From an uncultured Alphaproteobacteria bacterium (GTDB lineage: Bacteria > Pseudomonadota > Alphaproteobacteria > Rs-D84), in NCBI GenBank assembly GCA_934272785.1, contig CAKQSE010000007.1, positions 1,151 to 65,150 of the forward strand: a DNA stretch of 64,000 bases, in the 5' to 3' direction. The notes beneath the pieces were generated by a model, which saw only the letters and a list, made by a program, of their open reading frames with translations, made no database searches and was not told where the DNA came from. This document shows positions 17,121 through 26,084 of this stretch, piece by piece. Positions within the stretch are counted from its first letter, which is position 1. Every line of letters begins with the position of its first letter. Both the position numbers and the translations under genes were made by a program.

Positions 17121-18944
17121 TTACTTTGACTTTGTTTTTGTCTTTTTCGCTGCCTTGAACTGAATATCGCGCAGTTTTTTGTATTCCCCGCCCAGCGCGC
17201 ACAGTTCGGAATCCGTTCCCTGTTCGACGATATGGCCGTCCTTGATCACACATATTATATCAGCATCCAAGATTGTTGACAAGCGGTGTGCGATAACAAA
17301 CGTTGTGCGCCCCACCATCAGGTCTTTTAATGCCGACTGAATCAGCTTCTCGCTCTGGGTGTCCAGGGCGGACGTCGCCTCGTCCAGTAACAGGATTGGT
17401 GCGTCTTTTAAAATCGCGCGGGCGATTGCGATACGCTGTTTCTGGCCCCCAGATAACAACGCGCCCCCTTCGCCAACGGTTGATTTATATTTTTTCGGGA
17501 ATTTCATAATGAAATCATGCGCATTGGCCGCGCGCGCCGCCGCGATAACCTGGTCTGGGGTGGCGTCAGGACAGCCGTATTTGATGTTATCTTCGATTGT
17601 GCCATTGAACAAGAATACGTCTTGGGACACCTCGGCAATATTCTGGCGCAGTGATTTCAGTGTGTATTTCTTGATGTCGGTGCGGTTGATTTCAACCTTG
17701 CCCGATTGTGGGTCGTAAAAACGTTCCAGCAAATTAAACATCGTGGTTTTGCCGCCGCCCGATGGCCCGACCAGCGCGCAAACGCGGCCCGCCGGCACGT
17801 GCAGGTGGATGTCACGCAATACCGGTTCATCTGGGTTATATGCAAATGTGACGTGATGGAAATCCACCGACATCTTTTTATCAGATTTTAATTCGCGGGC
17901 ATCTGGGGCGTCTTGGATTTCTGGCTTGCTGTCCAGGAAATCGAACAAAACCTCGGCCGCCAGCAGGCCATGCTGGACCGTGTTGCCGGTGCCGGTAATG
18001 CTTTTTGCCGGTTTATACGCGGCCGTCAACGCCAACAAGAACGCCGTGAAATCACCGGTTGAAATCGCGCCTGTCACGATAAAGTGACCGCCGATAATCA
18101 ACGCCAGGCACAGCCCGATTGAAATCATCAATTCCAACAGGGGCGATTGCAATGCGTGGGCCTGGGTGCTCTTATACGAATTGCACATCGATGTGTCCAG
18201 CACGCGACGAAAACGTTTGGTTTCAGATTCTTCGGTTGCAAACGCCTGGATTGTTTTGATTCCGTGCAGGGTTTGGTTCAAATGCTGGGACACGTTGTTC
18301 GCGATACCAAACGATTCACGTGACAGACGCCGCCGCTTGCGCATAATCAGCACCATCGGCACCATAATTGCCGGCACCAAGAATATCAGCACCGCGCACA
18401 TCTGGGGCGCGTAATACACCATCAACCCCAGCGTCATCATCAGGGTCGCAACCTGTTGAATTGTGCTGACGATTGTGCCAGTGACCAGGGTCAACACCGC
18501 GCCGGCCTGGACACTGAAATAGTTCAAATTCTTGCCGATGCCGTCGCCATAGAATTTTGAAATATTCATTTTGACCATGTGATTATAAATGCGCTGTTGC
18601 AAATTCGCACTGGCCAACAGACCCGCCTTGGCCATCAACAGGGCCTTGGAATAATTAAATGCGCCCTTGAATCCGAACGCGGCAATGATTTGCAGGCCGA
18701 ATATATATATGGATTGCATACTGCGTTCAATAAACGCCTTGTCAACAATACGCTGGACCAGGGTGATTGTATATGCCTCGGCTGCGGATGCGCCGACGGT
18801 TGCGATGATACCCGCCAACAGCCATTTCCACTGGGGCTTGCCAATTTCGCGCCAAACGCGCCCATACAGTGACCATTTAATACGGCCATTGGACGCATCG
18901 CCCTTGACCAAAGTTTTTACTTTTTCAGATATTTTCTTTAACAT
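17121..18944 (-). CDS. ABC transporter permease/ATPase, MsbA-like lipid exporter
   Basis: N-terminal six-helix-type hydrophobic domain. Walker A GPSGGGKTT, signature LSGGQKQR and Walker B ILLLDEATSALD. Start taken at ATG 18944 (MLKKISEK) because the ORF-track start at 19067 overlaps tRNA-Ala. Confidence 0.9.
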   Translation of the reverse strand: MLKKISEKVKTLVKGDASNGRIKWSLYGRVWREIGKPQWKWLLAGIIATVGASAAEAYTITLVQRIVDKAFIERSMQSIYIFGLQIIAAFGFKGAFNYSKALLMAKAGLLASANLQQRIYNHMVKMNISKFYGDGIGKNLNYFSVQAGAVLTLVTGTIVSTIQQVATLMMTLGLMVYYAPQMCAVLIFLVPAIMVPMVLIMRKRRRLSRESFGIANNVSQHLNQTLHGIKTIQAFATEESETKRFRRVLDTSMCNSYKSTQAHALQSPLLELMISIGLCLALIIGGHFIVTGAISTGDFTAFLLALTAAYKPAKSITGTGNTVQHGLLAAEVLFDFLDSKPEIQDAPDARELKSDKKMSVDFHHVTFAYNPDEPVLRDIHLHVPAGRVCALVGPSGGGKTTMFNLLERFYDPQSGKVEINRTDIKKYTLKSLRQNIAEVSQDVFLFNGTIEDNIKYGCPDATPDQVIAAARAANAHDFIMKFPKKYKSTVGEGGALLSGGQKQRIAIARAILKDAPILLLDEATSALDTQSEKLIQSALKDLMVGRTTFVIAHRLSTILDADIICVIKDGHIVEQGTDSELCALGGEYKKLRDIQFKAAKKTKTKSK

Positions 18945-19059
18945 AGCGGCACTATTATAAAGTGATATATAAAAACTGTCCAGTGAAAGATTTACATTGA
19001 CAACGCGCGCAAAAGTGTATAAAATGCGTGGGCTTTCAGAAATGAAAGGGCAAAGTTTT

Positions 19060-19135
19060 GGGGTCATAGCTCAGTTGGTAGAGCACCTGCTTTGCAAGCA
19101 GGGGGTCGTCAGTTCGAGTCTGATTGGCTCCACCA
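19060..19135 (+). tRNA. tRNA-Ala (anticodon UGC)
   Basis: 76 nt: GGGGTCA acceptor with a G3:U70 pair, anticodon loop CTTGCAA, T-loop TTCGAGT and an encoded CCA. Confidence 0.92.
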
Positions 19136-19177
19136 AAAAATTGATACAAATGTCACGCTAAAGGGGGTGAATGCATT

Positions 19178-19384
19178 ATGGTGAAGGTTCTGGTTCGCGA
19201 CAATAACGTCGAACAGGCACTGCGCGTTGCAAAACGTAAATCTCAGAAAGAAGGCCTGTATCGCGAAATGAAGGAACGTCAGCGTTATGAAAAACCAACA
19301 ACAAAGCGCAAACGTTTGAAAGAAGAGGCTGTGCGTAACGAAAAGAAACGTCAGTCGAAACAAAGAATGGTCTTTGGATTCTAA
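19178..19384 (+). CDS. rpsU: 30S ribosomal protein S21
   Basis: 68 aa. [21 protein letters not shown]...[12 protein letters not shown] is typical of S21. Confidence 0.93.
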   Translation: MVKVLVRDNNVEQALRVAKRKSQKEGLYREMKERQRYEKPTTKRKRLKEEAVRNEKKRQSKQRMVFGF

Positions 19385-19389
19385 AAAAA

Positions 19390-19414
19390 CGCCCCATCCG
19401 GGGCGGTTTTTTAT
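19390..19414 (+). terminator. Rho-independent terminator after rpsU
   Basis: cgcccc-atcc-ggggcg hairpin followed by a T-run. Confidence 0.8.
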
Positions 19415-19416
19415 TT

Positions 19417-19827
19417 AGAGAGCAGAGTGTAGAGAGCAATGTTGCGCGCCTTTGGCGCGATTGTTTTTTACCGTTGCGGACTAAGTTCCCCTTCGCTAGC
19501 GAAGGGGTGGCCACGTAGGGTACGGGGTAGTGGTATTATAAGTCCCTGCGGGGCAATGGACCCCGACCTTCGTCGGGGTGACGGTGTTAGTGTGTTGTGC
19601 TAATTTTTATGGATATTGGTCACATTTATGTTGCGGACTTATTCGTGGGCGTCATTCTGGGGCTTGTCCGGGCCCCGCGGAATTGTTAAATTCCGTGGGT
19701 GGTGTCCCCAGAATCCAGGTAAATAAACTTGCGCGTATGCGCACCAGCTACTAGTTATCCACCGGAGTGGAACTTAGTCCGCGCCGGGGTGTCGGCATTG
19801 CTCTCTGCTCTCTGCGCATTGCTCTCT
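19417..19827. repeat. Mosaic repeat block B, MITE-like with terminal inverted repeats
   Basis: The left end agagagcagagtgtagagagcaatg (19417-19441) is inverted relative to the right end cattgctctctgctctctgcgcattgctctct (19796-19827). There is a nested inverted pair gcggactaagttcc / ggaacttagtccgc, and the internal modules are shared with blocks A, C and D. Confidence 0.85.
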
Positions 19828-19830
19828 AAT

Positions 19831-19856
19831 AAAAAAGTGCGCCGGTGGCGCACTTT
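19831..19856 (-). terminator. Rho-independent terminator after the DUF805 gene
   Basis: gtgcgcc-ggt-ggcgcac hairpin with flanking A- and T-runs, directly after the stop codon. Confidence 0.75.
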
Positions 19857-20321
19857 TTACTTATTAAACTTGTGATACGGGTTGTCGTCAACCTTGGTCG
19901 GCAACAGCGAGAACACAAACATCACCACACTGGCGAAAATCGACATGAACGGTATCACGCACAGCGCATATATAAACCACCACCACGCCGACAGGCCTGC
20001 GTCATGCAGACGCCGTGTGCGCAACGAAATCAGCGGGATTGCAATCGCGAAACCGTAAATCACGCCCAGCAACATCATCAGGCCGAACATCACACTGACA
20101 TCGCCCGAAAACGCGAAATCAATCGCCATGCCCATCACCACCAATATGCCCCAAACCAGGTAAATCAGCACATTGACCAACGTTGTCCACCAGAATTCAG
20201 ACCGTGACGATGTGCCCGCCCATTCGGTGAATCCGCGCCGCCAGAACGCCGCATACGCCAAGAACATATTTGTGTATGTCGTGCTGGATTGAACTTTCTT
20301 TGACTTTTTAACGTTTGGCAT
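19857..20321 (-). CDS. DUF805 family inner-membrane protein (YhaH/YhaI-like)
   Basis: RSEFWW motif, several hydrophobic helices and the RRLHDAG motif. Confidence 0.8.
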   Translation of the reverse strand: MPNVKKSKKVQSSTTYTNMFLAYAAFWRRGFTEWAGTSSRSEFWWTTLVNVLIYLVWGILVVMGMAIDFAFSGDVSVMFGLMMLLGVIYGFAIAIPLISLRTRRLHDAGLSAWWWFIYALCVIPFMSIFASVVMFVFSLLPTKVDDNPYHKFNK

Positions 20322-20393
20322 AGAATTTCCTTTTTTTTGCTTTGTTTGGGTATTCTAGCACAATTTTTCCCACCTGCCCAGAATTTATTTTTA

Positions 20394-20915
20394 AGAGAGC
20401 AGAGCGCAGAGAGCAGAGAGCAATGGTTGTGTCCGCCATCGGCGGACACCCTTTATTGTCATTCCCGCTCCGGGCCCCGCGGAATTGATAAATTCCGTGG
20501 GTGGGCAAAGGCAGGAATAGGGACTATACAGTGCGAGCGAACGCGAGCCATACCCACGCAATCGCGGATTTATTATTGGTGACCATGTTTTACGAACATT
20601 GTGCAACAATGGGCGGGAGTAATTTCTTAGACCCTATTCCTGCCTGCGCAGGAATGACAAGGGCGGTGTATTTGTGTTTATTTTTTATGTCTTGGTTGCA
20701 GGCTAAGTTCCCCTCCGGTGGAGGGGTGGCACGAAGTGCCGGGGTGGTCTTTTTGTCCCTGCGGGGCAATGGATACCGGCCTGCGCCGGTATGACGACTT
20801 AAAAATAGTAAATAACATAAACCTGAACAATGTTTGTAAATTGTGGCCCCCAGTCATATAATACCGTCACCCCGACGAAGGTCGGGGCCCATTGCCCCGC
20901 AGGGACATCGTTGCC
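20394..20915. repeat. Mosaic repeat block C
   Basis: Starts with agagagcagagcgcagagagcagagagcaatg. It contains the modules ccgcggaattgataaattccgtgg, gcgagcgaacgcgagc, attcctgcctgcgcaggaat, cccctccggtggagggg and ggcacgaagtgcc, plus an inverted pair of gtccctgcggggcaatgg. Confidence 0.88.
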
Positions 20916-21039
20916 ACACCAAAAAAATCCACAAAAATCGTGCTGAATAAAAGGGTATGAATCACGCGGAAATTCGGGCAAAAATGTAAAAAAATCGTGC
21001 CGAATCTAAACGGTGGATTAAATTCAATGCAAAAGGGCG

Positions 21040-21068
21040 TTGACGCACCCCGGTTTTCAGGCTATAAT
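21040..21068 (+). promoter_or_regulatory. Near-consensus sigma-70 promoter of the giant surface-protein gene
   Basis: TTGACG (21040-21045), a 17-nt spacer, then TATAAT (21063-21068), about 85 nt upstream of ATG 21152. Confidence 0.6.
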
Positions 21069-21151
21069 TTACCCACAATTATGCCGAATCCAAACCACCG
21101 GTTTTGTTCGGCGTGATGTGCAATAATGTATCCGTGGGGGACGGTTTCATA

Positions 21152-24100
21152 ATGCGCAATGTGCGTCGCTTGTTATCGGTAATTTGTTGTGTCGCGTGCG
21201 TTATGGCGACGGTATTTGTCGCATCATTTGCGCCGGCAACCGCGGCCACGGTGCTGGAACCAGATGCCACAACTGTTTCAACCAGTCCCGCTGTCAACGT
21301 GAAATATATTCACGGGTCAATCAAAAATTTATGGGGAATTGATATCCCATACAGTCCTGAATTAAAATCCGATCAATATGCGGTCAATATGCGATACTTG
21401 TTGGGCATGGTGGACATCGCAAACGCGCGACTGGGCGCGGTAAAAACGTCGTATGGCACCAGTGAATATGCCACCGCGGGCGCGGTATCAAAAAACACGG
21501 CGGACAAGGCGATAAAGACCCTGATTCAAAAACCGATTGAATTTCCATTTGCGGCAACAACAACCGCCGCCACCACAACGTTCAGTTTTGAAATTACCGC
21601 ATCGGGCACATTTTACGTTGATTGGGGCGATGGCGGTGACGTTGATAAATACGTAAAAACGAATACGGGTTCCCAAACAATCAGTCACACATACACCACC
21701 GCGGGCGCATACACGGTGCGCATTGGTGGCCGTGCAACAGGGTATTACGAAGTTAATGCCCCGGCGGCAATCAGTTTTAGTTCAAATAAAAACCTGGCGG
21801 GAATCAGTGGCAGCCTGGGTGAAATATTCCCCACATTGGCGGATGGATCGCAACCAGGGTTTAATCGGACGTTTTATAATTGCACAAATCTGACCGGTTC
21901 AATTCCAGAAAATTTATTTACAGGTATCACAGGTGCGCCCACGCGCAGTATGTTTGAATGGATGTTTTATGGTTGCAGTGGCTTGACGGGCAGTATTCCC
22001 GCGGGACTGTTTTCTGGTATTTCTGGTGCGCCAGCGAGCTATATGTTCAACAGCACGTTTTATAATTGCAGCGGTCTGACCGGGTCAATTCCTGAAAATT
22101 TATTCGCGGGTATTTCCGGTGCGCCAGCAGCTGGCATGTTCAGCGGCACGTTTGGTGGTTGCAGTGGGTTGACCGGGGCTATTCCTGAAAATTTGTTCGC
22201 AGGTATCACAGGCAAGCCAGCGGCGAGTATGTTCAGTGGCACGTTTGCGAATAGCAGTAACCTGACGGGCAGTATCCCCGCGGGGATGTTTTCTGGCATT
22301 TCTGGTGCACCGGCGGGCAATATGTTTGAACGGACGTTTAATGGTTGCCGTGGACTGACAGGCAGTATTCCTGCGGGACTGTTTTCTGGTATATCTGGTG
22401 CACCAGTTCAAGCTATGTTCAGCGACACGTTTTATAATTGCAGTGGCCTGACTGGGTCAATTCCAGAAAATTTATTCGCTGGTATATCTGGCGCGCCAGC
22501 GAGCAGTATGTTTCAGCGCACGTTTTATAATTGCAGCGGTCTGACTGGGTCAATTCCCGAAAATTTATTCGCCGGTATATCTGGCGCGCCAGCGAGCTAT
22601 ATGTTCAATGGCACATTTAGAGATTGTCGTGGCTTGACTGGTTCAATTCCGTCTGGTTTGTTTGGAAATTTATCGGGCAAGCCAGCAAGCTATATGTTCG
22701 GCTATACTTTTTGTGGTTGCAATGGCCTGACGGGTGAAATTCCAGAAAAATTGTTCGGTAATATATCTGGTGCGCCGAAGGATTCTATGTTTGATGGCAC
22801 ATTTCAAAATTGTTCTGGTTTGACGGGCAGTATTCCGTCCGGTTTGTTTGGTAATATATCCGGTGTGCCGGCTCAGTTTATGTTCAGCGACACGTTTTAT
22901 GGATGCAAGGGGCTGACCGGTGAAATCCCACTGGGGCTGTTGGGTAATTTGTCGGGCAGTCCGGCGAACAGTATGTTAAGTCAAACTTTTTACAATTGCA
23001 GCGGTCTGACTGGGAAATCGGCGCGAAATCCGGACGGCACGCCGTTGTATGATGTGTTCCCAACGGCAACATCGTCCCACGTCTATTATATGTACACGGG
23101 TACATGTTTGGCGGATAATGCGTCCATCCCAACAACGTGGGGTAAAAATTCCAGGTGTGTATATTCTGAACCAACCGAAGAATACCCGTTCGTTATAACG
23201 ACGACGTCGGATACCAGTGATTTTGAATTTGCAATATTCCCGGCGGGTACGTTTAAGATTGACTGGGGTGATGGCAAGACCCAGACGGTTACACACGACC
23301 GCACGTATAAAGACGTTATAACACATACGTATTCAACGGCAAAGTCGTATAAAATCAGAATTGGTGGTGCGGCAACGGGGTATACGGGGGCAACGTTGTC
23401 GGGTATGAACGGTCTGACCATGAAATTTATGCTGGGGCAAATGTCTGGGGAAAATGAACCGAATACAAATGTTGCCAAGATATCGGGGTCGGTTGCGACA
23501 ATATTCCCGGTGATTGATGGCACCGCCCCGCGGTTCAGTGAAATGTTTTATCGGTGTCCAAACCTGGCGGGTGAAATACCGGTTGGATTCTTTACCGATT
23601 TGCCGGGAACAACACTGGCCAGTATGACGTTTGATCGTGCTTTTGCAGGGTGCAGCAAGCTGACCGGACCGTCGGCGCGTAATTCCAGCGGCGAATACCT
23701 GTATAAACAATTCCCATCGGCAACCACGGCCCAGGTGGAAAATATGTATGACGGTGCAACGGGGCTGAGTGACTATGACGAAATCCCCGCCACATGGGGC
23801 GGTGGATACACCGAACCAGAACCGGCGGCGGTCTTTAGCGTCACCACTGTGCCAAATACCAGTGAATTTGCGTTTGCAATCAGTGCGCTGGGGTCGTTCA
23901 CGGTTGACTGGGGCGACGGTCAAACAACAAAAATAGAGCGCACGAGTTCAAACAAGGATGGTGAAATTATCAAGCATACCTATACAACCGCCGGGGAATA
24001 TACAATTGGGTTCAGTGGCCTGGCCACCGCATATCCCGATAGAACGTTTGGTGGTGATTTTGGGTCCACATCGTTTGCATTTGGGGACATTCATATAAAT

Positions 24101-25438
24101 TCAACATGCAATGTCGCCAGTGCGTCGGGCATCCTGGGTAAAATATTCCCCACGCTGGCGGATGGGTCCAGCCCCATATTTTCCAATTTGTTTTATGAAT
24201 GCGCCAATTTCACCGAAATCCCAGAAAACCTGTTTGATGGAATAACAACATTTGAGTACTATGGATTTTTCCAAGCATTTGCAGAGTCGGGAATAACCCG
24301 TATCCCGGCAAAACTGTTCGCGGGGATGAGCGGTGCTGGTAGCTATAGCACATTCATGGCGACGTTTGCGGATACGGCGATAACCGAAATCCCAGAAGAT
24401 CTGTTCTCAACGGTCAGTGCGTTGGGTGAAGAATCTACGTTTGCATACACATTTTCGGGGACAAAAATAAAAACTATACCGGCGGGATTGTTTGCCAGTA
24501 TCACTGGTGATGCCAAGCAAATGGCATTTTATGCAACGTTCGCGGATTGCAAGAATTTAACTGAAATTCCAGCCGGCCTGTTCGACAGCCTGAATCTGGA
24601 TAGTATTGATATAGAGATTAACCAAGATGCGTTTGGTAGCACGTTTGCAGGATGTTCCGGTTTAACCGGTCCGTCGGCACGGACGGCGAATGGTGAATAT
24701 TTATACGATGTCTACAGCGATTTTGCTGGGCTTGCATCCGACATGTATCGTGGCGATAATGGGTTGGACGATTTTTATACTATGCCGGCTTACTTGACTG
24801 GGGCATCAATATTTACGGTTACCACCACGCCCGGGACAAAAACGTTCGCATTTGAACTGAGTGCATTGGGTGACTTTTATGTTGATTGGGGCGATGACCA
24901 AAGTGATTATATTTCCAGAACAGAAGACGATGATTCCGCACAAATTTACAGCCATACGTATGATACGACCGGAACATATACAATTGGATTTAGTGGCCCG
25001 GCAACGGGATATCTGCAAAAAAGTGGCGAGTCAAAAATACCCGCGATTCGCTTCGGTGATCCTGATGGTAACGATTTAGCATGCAATATCGCATCAATGT
25101 CGGGAAAACTGGGGTTTGTGTTCCCGACACTGGATGACGGCACGCAACCGGGATTTCGCAATACGTTTGCAAACTGTGAAAATTTGACTAAGATACCGAC
25201 CGGATTGTTTGAAGGTGTAAGTCTGGATTCAATAGACCTGGATGTTGATACAGGTATGTTCGCTGGCACATTCTTTTACTGTCCAAATTTGACGGGGCCG
25301 TCGGCACAAACGGATGATGGTGAATATTTATATGACTATTGGTCTAATTTTGATGAAAATATTGCTGCGAGTATGTATGAGATGGATTACGAACTGTCCG
25401 ATTACGAGACTATGCCAGGTTACCTGAAAGGAGAGTAA
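21152..25438 (+). CDS. Giant modular secreted/surface protein: 4 x (PKD-like module + leucine-rich repeats of BspA-like type)
   Basis: Signal-peptide-like MRNVRRLLSVICCVACVMATVFVASFAPATA. Four modules of the form F.F.I...G.F.VDWGDG...HTY...G.Y.I (WGDG codons near 21620, 23264, 23909 and 24887) are each followed by repeats of the type F.nC..LTg.IPe.LF..i.g. 1428 aa from ATG 21152. Confidence 0.85.
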   Translation: MRNVRRLLSVICCVACVMATVFVASFAPATAATVLEPDATTVSTSPAVNVKYIHGSIKNLWGIDIPYSPELKSDQYAVNMRYLLGMVDIANARLGAVKTSYGTSEYATAGAVSKNTADKAIKTLIQKPIEFPFAATTTAATTTFSFEITASGTFYVDWGDGGDVDKYVKTNTGSQTISHTYTTAGAYTVRIGGRATGYYEVNAPAAISFSSNKNLAGISGSLGEIFPTLADGSQPGFNRTFYNCTNLTGSIPENLFTGITGAPTRSMFEWMFYGCSGLTGSIPAGLFSGISGAPASYMFNSTFYNCSGLTGSIPENLFAGISGAPAAGMFSGTFGGCSGLTGAIPENLFAGITGKPAASMFSGTFANSSNLTGSIPAGMFSGISGAPAGNMFERTFNGCRGLTGSIPAGLFSGISGAPVQAMFSDTFYNCSGLTGSIPENLFAGISGAPASSMFQRTFYNCSGLTGSIPENLFAGISGAPASYMFNGTFRDCRGLTGSIPSGLFGNLSGKPASYMFGYTFCGCNGLTGEIPEKLFGNISGAPKDSMFDGTFQNCSGLTGSIPSGLFGNISGVPAQFMFSDTFYGCKGLTGEIPLGLLGNLSGSPANSMLSQTFYNCSGLTGKSARNPDGTPLYDVFPTATSSHVYYMYTGTCLADNASIPTTWGKNSRCVYSEPTEEYPFVITTTSDTSDFEFAIFPAGTFKIDWGDGKTQTVTHDRTYKDVITHTYSTAKSYKIRIGGAATGYTGATLSGMNGLTMKFMLGQMSGENEPNTNVAKISGSVATIFPVIDGTAPRFSEMFYRCPNLAGEIPVGFFTDLPGTTLASMTFDRAFAGCSKLTGPSARNSSGEYLYKQFPSATTAQVENMYDGATGLSDYDEIPATWGGGYTEPEPAAVFSVTTVPNTSEFAFAISALGSFTVDWGDGQTTKIERTSSNKDGEIIKHTYTTAGEYTIGFSGLATAYPDRTFGGDFGSTSFAFGDIHINSTCNVASASGILGKIFPTLADGSSPIFSNLFYECANFTEIPENLFDGITTFEYYGFFQAFAESGITRIPAKLFAGMSGAGSYSTFMATFADTAITEIPEDLFSTVSALGEESTFAYTFSGTKIKTIPAGLFASITGDAKQMAFYATFADCKNLTEIPAGLFDSLNLDSIDIEINQDAFGSTFAGCSGLTGPSARTANGEYLYDVYSDFAGLASDMYRGDNGLDDFYTMPAYLTGASIFTVTTTPGTKTFAFELSALGDFYVDWGDDQSDYISRTEDDDSAQIYSHTYDTTGTYTIGFSGPATGYLQKSGESKIPAIRFGDPDGNDLACNIASMSGKLGFVFPTLDDGTQPGFRNTFANCENLTKIPTGLFEGVSLDSIDLDVDTGMFAGTFFYCPNLTGPSAQTDDGEYLYDYWSNFDENIAASMYEMDYELSDYETMPGYLKGE
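21872..23014 (+). repeat. Tandem 93-bp (31-codon) coding repeats, 12 full copies plus a partial copy
   Basis: Repeat unit FYNCSGLTGSIPENLFAGISGAPAS.MF..T. Copies 7 and 8 (22430-22615) and copy 3 (22058-22150) are nearly identical at the DNA level. Confidence 0.9.
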
Positions 25439-25459
25439 GGGCAGCCCCCCCCTTGCCCA

Positions 25460-26057
25460 AGAGAGCAGAGTGCAATGACGACACCCCGGTGCTTCGCACC
25501 ACCCCTCTGGCCAGAGGGGAACGTAGCACGTTTTTTACTCTTGTCATTCCTGCGCAGGCAGGAATAGGGACTTTAAAATTACTCTCGCTCATTGTTGCGC
25601 AATGTTCGTAAAATATGGTCCCCAAGCACACGCCGCCGTCACCCCGACCCGGGCCCCGCAAAATCGCCAGATTTTGTGGGTGGTACCAGGTCGGGGTCCA
25701 TTGTGTTCCCTTGGTATTCCGTAATGTGGTGATTAGTCCCCGATAATAAAATCCGCAATTGTTCGGGCATGGCTCGCGTTCGCTCGCACTGTATAGACCC
25801 TATTCCTGCCTGCGCAGGAATGACAATTTTGAATGCGCCACCGGCGCGCTTGTTTTATTCACCTGGATTCTGGGGTCAAGCCCCAGAATGACACTCAAGA
25901 GAAAGTCCGCAACTAAGACATAAACTATGTTCGTAAAATAAACATAAATACTCAGACCTCGTCATCCTGTGGCTTGACCACAGGATCCAGGTAATATAAA
26001 TGTTGCGAGCGAACGCGAGCACAAGCATTGCTCTCTGCTCTCTGCACTCTGCACTCT
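25460..26057. repeat. Mosaic repeat block D with terminal inverted repeats
   Basis: The left end agagagcagagtgcaatg (25460-25477) is inverted relative to the right end cattgctctctgctctctgcactctgcactct (26026-26057). Segments 25540-25620 and 25742-25808 are reverse complements of 20581-20661 and 20512-20577. Confidence 0.88.
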
Positions 26058-26059
26058 AT

Positions 26060-26084
26060 AAAAAACGGGGCGATGCCCCGTTTT
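26060..26084 (-). terminator. Rho-independent terminator after polA
   Basis: cgggg-cgat-g-ccccg hairpin with A- and T-runs abutting the polA stop codon. Confidence 0.7.

Noticed and set aside
18945-19067. N-terminal extensions of the MsbA-like ORF (to 19067) and of the large Cys-rich ORF (35202-35306)
   Set aside because: Both extensions run into tRNA genes (tRNA-Ala 19060-19135 and tRNA-Leu 35265-35349). Internal ATGs give proper N-termini (MLKKISEK and the signal peptide MKGIKLFF).
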